A DNA stretch of 64,000 nucleotides. It comes from Eledone cirrhosa (lineage: Eukaryota). Numbering within the stretch: the stretch's first letter is position 1; the number at the start of each line of letters is the position of its first letter. A program made the position numbers and the translations under genes. Positions 56,901 to 64,000 of the stretch are shown piece by piece. The DNA lies in NCBI GenBank assembly GCA_964016885.1, contig OZ024742.1, forward strand, positions 365,118,001-365,182,000, written 5' to 3'. Under the pieces are notes generated by a model. It made no database searches, was not told the DNA's origin, and saw nothing but the letters and a program-made list of their open reading frames with translations.

Positions 56901-57545
56901 TCAAGGTTGACTAAGCAGGTCACTAGTTTGTGATCTGAATAGGCAACCATGAACATTTGTGGACAGCTTAACATGTCCCTATCGCTAACTCTAACTAGAA
57001 ACCTATCTAGGTACGATCTAGATGTTCCGCTATGGTTGGTCCACGTCCACAGTGGCACAGTTGGAAAATCTAGTCGATATCTATCGGCCAGTTGAAATCG
57101 GCCGATTAACTGTTTGAGACTGTTACACCCCCTCTATCGGGACATGTTCCCACATAGTGCCAACGTGCATCTAGGATTCAATTCCAGTCCTACACTAACA
57201 GCAGGGAGCGGGACGTTCCCAGAAAAGTCTCTAGATGTTTGAAGAAGTCTGGCCGCGGTGTCCCGGCTGGGGCATATGCGGCCACCAGTCTGAAGGCGCC
57301 ACCTTCACTACCGTCAACGTCTAGGACCACCCGTCGACCCTCCGGGTCCAGATGTACCGTCTGTGTTACGAGGTCCAGGTGTTTCCGCAGCAAAACGGCA
57401 ACCCCACCCCCACCTCCCGGCTGACAGAGAGATGCGTAGATCTCAAAGTCGTCGAAGATGAGTGTCATTTGTCGCTCGCTGTGGATCCTGGACTCGCAAA
57501 TGGCTACTACTTCCATACTGTGCGACCTGAGGTCGTTTAAGTGTT
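53964..57545 (-). mobile_element. Second Tx1-like LINE: disrupted ORF2 (APE, RT, C-terminal CCHC knuckle) and 3' UTR
   Basis: Colinear with 49776-51900; CSRC..EEATVAHAFVHC in ORF 54199-55011; 3' end AATAAAAAAA-TGTATC running into (TACC)n. Confidence 0.92.
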
Positions 57546-57994
57546 TGCCCAATTTCCATGGGGGTGTTGGAGGGTATGTTTGGTGGGGTGGTGGCCTCTG
57601 GATGGGTGAGGATGGAGATGTTTGGTGGGGCGGGGGTGTCAGATGGGGTGGGGTATCTGGGGTGGGCGTGGGGAAACATTTCAAAAGGACGCGGTTATAG
57701 GGTTTGACGCAGGGGTCACCTACGTCGTTAGGAAATTTTTCTTTTAACTGTTTATGTGTGTCCATGGAGATCCTAATCATTTTTAAGATTAGGATTCTCC
57801 GAAGAGTGTATAAAAGTTTTCCTCTCGGTCTACACCGAAAGGTTTTTATATATGGTGTCTGTTAAAGTTTTATTGTTAGTATTTATGTAGGTGTAACATT
57901 TCTGTTGTATTGTGTTGCTTTTTGTCTGTGGTTCTTGTGTGTGTTTACGTTTTGTAGTAGGTGTTTTGTTTAAAGGAGAGGGTGTTTTTGTTTG

Positions 57995-60245
57995 TATGTA
58001 TGTAGGTAGGTAGATAGCTAGGTAGGTAGGTAGGTAGGTAGGTAGGTAGGTAGGAAGTTAGGTAGGTAGGTATATAGGTAAATATGTAGGTAGGTAGGTA
58101 GGTAGGTAAATATGTAGATAGGTAGGTGGGTAGGTAGGTAGGTATGTAGGTAGGTAGGTAGGTAGGTAGGTAGGTAGGTAGGTAGGTAGGTATTGTAGGT
58201 AGGTAGGTAGATTGGTAGGTAGGTAGGTATGTAGGGAGGTAGGTAGGTAGGTAGATTGGTAGGTAGGTAGGTAGGTAGGTAGGTAGGTAGGTAGGTAGGA
58301 AGGAAGGTAGGTAGGTAGGTAGGTAGGTAGGAAGGTATGTAGGTAGGTAGGTATGTAGGTAGGTAGGTATGTAGGTAGGTATGTAGGTAGGTAGGTATGT
58401 AGGTAGGTATGTATGTAGGTAGGAAGGTAGGTAGGTAGGTATGTAGGTAGGTAGGTAGGTAGGTAGGTAGGTAGGTAGGTAGGTAGGTATGTAGGTAGGT
58501 AGGTAGGTAGGTAGGTAGGTAGGTAGGTAGGTAGGTAGGTAGGTAGGTAGGTAGGTAGGTAGGTAGGTAGGTAGGAAGGAAGGTAGGTAGGTAGGTAGGT
58601 AGGTAGGTAGGGAAGGTAGGTAGGTAGGTAGGTAGGTAGGAAGGTAGGAAGGTAGGAAGGAAGGTAGGTAGGTAGGTAGGTAGGTAGGTAGGTAGGTAGG
58701 TAGGTAGGTAGGAAGGTAGGTAGGTAGGTAGGTAGGTAGGTAGGTAGGTAGGTAGGTAGGAAGGTAGGTAGGTAGGTAGGTAGGTAGGTAGGTAGGTAGG
58801 AAGGTAGGTAGGTAGGTAGGTAGGTAGGTAGGTAGGTAGGTAGGTAGGTAGGTAGGTAGGTAGGTAGGTAGGAAGGTAGGTAGGTAGGTAGGTAGGTAGG
58901 TAGGAAGGTAGGTAGGTAGGTAGGTAGGTAGGTAGGTAGGTAGGTAGGTAGGTAGGTAGGTAGGTAGGTAGGAAGGTAGGTAGGTAGGTAGGTAGGTAGG
59001 TAGGTAGGTAGGTAGGTAGGTAGGTAGGTAGGAAGGTAGGTAGGTAGGTAGGTAGGTAGGTAGGTAGGAAGGTAGGTAGGTAGGTAGGTAGGTAGGTAGG
59101 TAGGTAGGTAGGTAGGTAGGTAGGTAGGAAGGTAGGTAGGTAGGTAGGTAGGTAGGTAGGTAGGTAGGTAGGTAGGTAGGAAGGTAGGTAGGTAGGTAGG
59201 TAGGTAGGTAGGTAGGAAGGTAGGTAGGTAGGTAGGTAGGTAGGTAGGTAGGTAGGTAGGTAGGTAGTAGGAAGGTAGGTAGGTAGGTAGGTAGGTAGGT
59301 AGGTAGGTAGGGTAGGTAGGAAGGTAGGTAGGTAGGTAGGTAGGTAGGTAGGTAGGTAGGTAGTAGGTAGGTAGGTAGGTAGGTAGGTAGGTAGGTAGGT
59401 AGGTAGGTAGGTAGGTAGGTAGGTAGGTAGGTAGGTAGGTAGGATGGAAGGTAGGTAGGTAGGTAGGTAGGTAGGTAGGTAGGTAGGTAGGAAGGTAGGT
59501 AGGTAGGTAGGTAGGTAGGTAGGTAGGTAGGGTAGGTAGGTAGGTAGGAAGTAGGTAGGTAGGTAGGTAGGTAGGTAGGTAGGTAGGTAGGTAGGTTGGT
59601 AGGTAGGAAGGTAGGTAGGTAGGTAGGTAGTAGGTAGGTAGGTAGGTAGGTAGGTAGGTAGGTAGGTAGGTTGGTAGGTAGGTAGGTAGGTAGGTATGTA
59701 TGTAGGTAGGTGGGTAGGTATGCATGAAGGTAGGTTAGGTTGGTAGGTAGGTAGTAGGTAGGTAGGTAGGAGGTAGGTAGGTAGGTAGGTTAGGTAGGTA
59801 GGTAGGTAGGTAGGTAGGTAGGTAGGTAGGAAGGTAGGTAGGAAGGTAGGTAGGTAGGTAGGTAGTTGGTAGTAGGTAGGTAGGTATGTAGGTAGGTAGA
59901 GTAGGAAGGTAGGTAGGTAGGTAGGTAGGTAGGTAGGTAGGTAGGTAGGTAGGTAGGTAGGTAGGAAGGTAGGTAGGTAGGTAGGTATGTAGGTAGGTGG
60001 GTAGGTAGGTAGGTAGGTAGGTAGGTAGGTAGGTAGGAAGGTAGGTAGGTAGGTATGTATGTAGGTAGGTGGGTAGGTATGCTTGAAGGTAGGTAGGTAG
60101 GTAGGTAGGAAGGAAGGTAGGTAGGTAGGTAGGTAGGTAGGAAGGTAGGTAGGTAGGGTAGGTAGGTAGGTAGGTAGGTAGGTAGGTAGGTAGGTAGGTA
60201 GGTAGGTAGGTAGGTAGGTAGGTAGATAGGTAGTAGGTAGGTAGA
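57995..60245. repeat. (GGTA)n microsatellite array, ~2.2 kb
   Basis: GGTA with GGAA/TGTA variants; source of the TYLP ORFs. Confidence 0.97.
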
Positions 60246-60837
60246 AATGTATATAGACAGGTAGAAATGTACGCAGATAGGTAGAGATGAGATGTAGATC
60301 CAGATGAATGTCGATAGATCGATAGATAATAGATACATAGGGAGAGTGATAGACAGTTTGGTAAATAGTTAGATACATCGATGATGTTTTTATCTCCCAG
60401 TATAGACTGACACGTAAGTAGATAGATGTTGCTTGTCCACTGGCCATCTTGTCAACACTGTGTGAGAGCAGAGGAAGAGAAGATATAAAATTATCATTCC
60501 CAAACAAATCTAGCACAATCAATGTGGTTGTCACTTGACAGACATGTTTTATTATAATGATGTATATATATGTATGTATATGTACACACAAGTATTCACA
60601 CAGGTATATATATAAAGAAACGTATATATACATATAAACCTGACGGTTTGAACTTTACAAAATTACCTGCCTCTTTGAGGTTAAATACCAACCCTACTAC
60701 CATCTACAAACTGACCAATGCGAATCAAGACTATTCCTGCTGACAACATTAAATTATTCCTAACAAGCTCATATGTCCCAAGGCTCTGATACCATCAACA
60801 CCATAAACACAGAGCTGGCATATCTAAGAACTGACTA

Positions 60838-60893
60838 ACTGCCTGATGAGGTCATAGCCATTGAATGGCTATCATCGAAATATATATAGCAGT
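60838..60893 (+). ncRNA. Type I hammerhead ribozyme
   Basis: ACTGC-CTGATGA-GGTCATAGCCATTGAATGGCTATCATC-GAAA-TATATA-TA|GCAGT, then AATAAA. Confidence 0.88.
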
Positions 60894-60934
60894 AAATAAA
60901 GGATTATGAGTTCATGCAATTGACTTATGTTTCG

Positions 60935-61000
<66 letters not shown>

Positions 61001-62078
61001 TTTCCTCGCTAGTGTGTACAGCTCACAATCGGTGGCGAATTGTCGATTTGAGCAAGACATGTTTGTACCTGTAATTTAATGAGGTAGCCTTTGTGTCACG
61101 TGAATCTCTTTGCACACTGCGTTATTGAAGGCATTGACAGCATTTGCGATGACAAGATAATATATCCATAGCTATAATGTATATACCTACATATATACAT
61201 ATTCCTACAGATCTACCTCAAATAACTTCATTTCTCTCAACATCTTCACAATGACAAGATACAAATACATGATCAGGGTTATGAAGTATTCATTGTGGAC
61301 AACTGTCAAACACCGCCTTATTGTCCTCGCTCATATTTGATTATTTCTTACGTGTGTGTGTATTGTTTGAGGATATGCCCGTACGTTTTAACACATTTAT
61401 ATAAGATATGCTGCTGTTTTATTTTCTATATAGCTCACTAATGTCAGGAGAATACCAACAATTGTTTACGTCAGTTGTATAGAAAGAGACATTAGAAATT
61501 ATATGAAGAAGGAAAAGAAAGGTGATAACATCAAATTCGGAAATGATAGATATTGTTTCCTGAATGTCAGTGAAGGGGTCCCTCTGGCATCGATCTTTCG
61601 GTATTTCCTTCGTTGACATTGAGAAGTGTGAATGGTAGTACAATAAATCTGCAGACTGCAGTGGTTAGTAAGAAGTCAAGATATCTGACATGCTACACTA
61701 TCAAATGAATTATATGCGTTGCACTCATTCTGTTCAAACAACCTGTGTATAAATACATATACACAGGTATATATTAACGTGTACATTTACGCACACACAG
61801 AAAGGTGTATAGATATATATATAGAGAGAGGGGGGAATGAGACAGAGAGAGAGAGTTAGTTCCTCAACGCTTTACCGAACTCGTCCTTTGGACTGAGTGT
61901 TCTTCCAAATTCGGATATAATCTCCTGGGTTTTTACCACTGGTTGTTTACCGACACCCCAGGATGCAGATTGGAGCACTCGACGAAATACGCAGGCTGGT
62001 TTGTTTACTTCGGAGTACTGTAAAATAAGTAAGTGAAATATGTAAAATTTGGCTTCGTTTATTATAAATTATAAATTT

Positions 62079-62133
62079 ACTGTTAAATATATTTCGGTGA
62101 CAGCCATCATTGGCTGTGACCTCTTCAGGCAGT
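62079..62133 (-). ncRNA. Type I hammerhead ribozyme in fold-back module 61900-62342
   Basis: Minus strand: ACTGC-CTGAAGA-GGTCACAGCCA-ATGA-TGGCTGTCACC-GAAA-TATATT-TA|ACAGT; one stem I mismatch. Confidence 0.65.
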
Positions 62134-62340
62134 CCGAATTGGTGTGGAAAAGACAGGTATACATGTTGTTGAGGTGTGTTTCAGTCCGTCAATACATCGA
62201 TATGTCCAGCTCCTGGGTGTGTTGTTAGTCCTCCGAGGAACTGGAATCATATATGATGGCTGTCACCGAAATATATATAGAAGTAAATTTATAATTTATA
62301 ATGAACGGAGCCAAATTTTACATATTTGACTTACTTATTT

Positions 62341-62377
<37 letters not shown>

Positions 62378-62384
62378 TTATATT

Positions 62385-62580
62385 TAATATAAAAAAGGCT
62401 TCTACAGAACTAGAACTGTTTAATTCAGGAGAAAACATCAGTGCTTCCTAATGATTTCTTCCGAATGAAACAGTTCTAGTCCTGTAGAAGCCGTTTGTAT
62501 GTTAAATATGTATACTCTGCTTTGTATTCAGTACCTTACTTACTGTGGTTACAACCGATTGAACCCGGGATAAACTTGAT
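62385..62580 (+). mobile_element. Fold-back copy of the 7057 pLTR family with decayed hammerhead (CTAATGA)
   Basis: Inverted arm 62385-62441 joined to a forward copy starting 62443. Confidence 0.75.
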
Positions 62581-63096
62581 ATATTTGACTCTGCTACGAT
62601 TGTTCACGTGTGTTGATTCAACGAAAACAATTCATATCTAAAGGACATCCATCCTCTTATCAATATAAATATATACAGGAATTCTTCGTTTATGATGTTC
62701 CCTTTTCCTTCTGGGTGAATTGTTTGCTGTTTGGAGAGTTAGTGGCTGGGTCAGGCTGGGTCATTGAGTAGTTCCTATCATTCGGTCATGTAATAATTCA
62801 GGCAGCCACAACAATAGGAGAAAGTAGTACCCCGACACCACCACCGTTAGACAACAACAACAACAACAATCGTATCAGTAGTACCCCTACACCATCTCCG
62901 TTAGACACACTAACGTCAACAACAACAACAACCGTACCAGCTCCGACACTCCCAGCAGGAGGGGGATGACAATTTCTATTGGTGACATGGAATATTTTCC
63001 ACTGCTTTAGTAGTTTGGTTCAGAAAAATTCTAACAAAAGCCAACGTCCAGAGCAGAGACCAATATCACACTTGAAACCAGGATAGTAGCCCCGTG

Positions 63097-64000
63097 GTAA
63101 GTGTATAGAATATATGTCAGTGTATAGAGTATATGTCAGTGTATAGAGTATATGTAAGTGTATAGAATATGTGTAAGCGTATACAATATATGTAAGTGTA
63201 TAGAAAAACTGTAAGTGTATAGAATATATGTAAGTGTATAAAATATATGTCAGTGTGTAGAATATATGTCAGTGTACAGAATATATGCAAGTGTATAGAA
63301 TAACTGTAAGTGTATATAATATATGTAAGTGTATGGAATATATGTAAGTGTATAGAATATTTATAAGTTTATAGAATATAGGTTAGTGTATAGAATATAG
63401 GTCAGTTTATAGAATATACATAAGTGTATAGAATAATTGTAAGTGTATAGAATATATGTAAGTGTATAGAATATATGTAAGTTTATAGAATATATGTCAG
63501 TGTATAGAATATATGTCAGTGTATAGAATATATGTAAGTGTATAGAATATATGTAAGTTTATAGAATATATGTCAGTGTAGAGAATATATGTAACTTTAT
63601 AGAATATATGTGAGTGTATAGAATATATGTCAGTGTATAGAATATATGTCAGTGTTTAGAATATATGTAAGTGTATAGAATATATGTAAGTGTATAGAAT
63701 ATTTATAACTGTATAGAATAAAGGTCAGTGTATAGAATATAGGTCAGTTTATAGAATATACATAAGTGTATAGAATACTTGTAAGTGTATAGAATATATG
63801 TAAGTGTATAGAATAAATGAAAGTGTATAGAATATATGTAAGTGTATAGAATATATGTCAGTGTATAGAATATATGTCAATGTATAGAATATATGTCAGT
63901 GTATAGAATATATGTAAGTGTATAGAATATATGTAAGTGTTTAGAATATCTGTAAGTGTATATAATTATTGTAAGTGTATAGAATATATGTAATTGTATA
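63097..64000. repeat. 19-bp minisatellite, ~47 copies, runs off the window
   Basis: Unit GTAAGTGTATAGAATATAT / GTCAGTGTATAGAATATAT. Confidence 0.95.

Noticed and set aside
58018-60633. 871-aa and 555-aa TYLP-repeat ORFs (also 53192-54136)
   Set aside because: (TACC)n is stop-free in all three frames; no coding signal

Overview
This is AT-rich animal (eukaryotic) DNA, almost entirely repeat-derived. The long (TA)n/(CA)n/(GA)n tracts and the tRNA-like SINE family look cephalopod/octopus-like (inference). Most ORFs in the track are microsatellite artefacts, and I see no confident host gene. Recognisable elements: several Penelope-like retroelements (PLE; RT + GIY-YIG), two Tx1-like LINEs, a CR1-like LINE, an RTE-like LINE with a 5' inversion, a Chapaev3-like DNA transposon with TIRs, SINEs, two large (GGTA)n arrays and a 19-bp minisatellite. 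The main hidden structure is a dense set of minimal type I hammerhead ribozyme (HHR) motifs, folded by eye: about 15 with canonical cores, about 7 with recurrent variant cores (U3-A8 covariant; CAGAAGA) and several decayed copies. They lie in short pseudo-LTR-like modules inserted in (TA)n. Most of these modules are fold-backs (22 nt to 4.7 kb), with breakpoints that often fall in HHR stem II. All folds and alignments are manual and untested.
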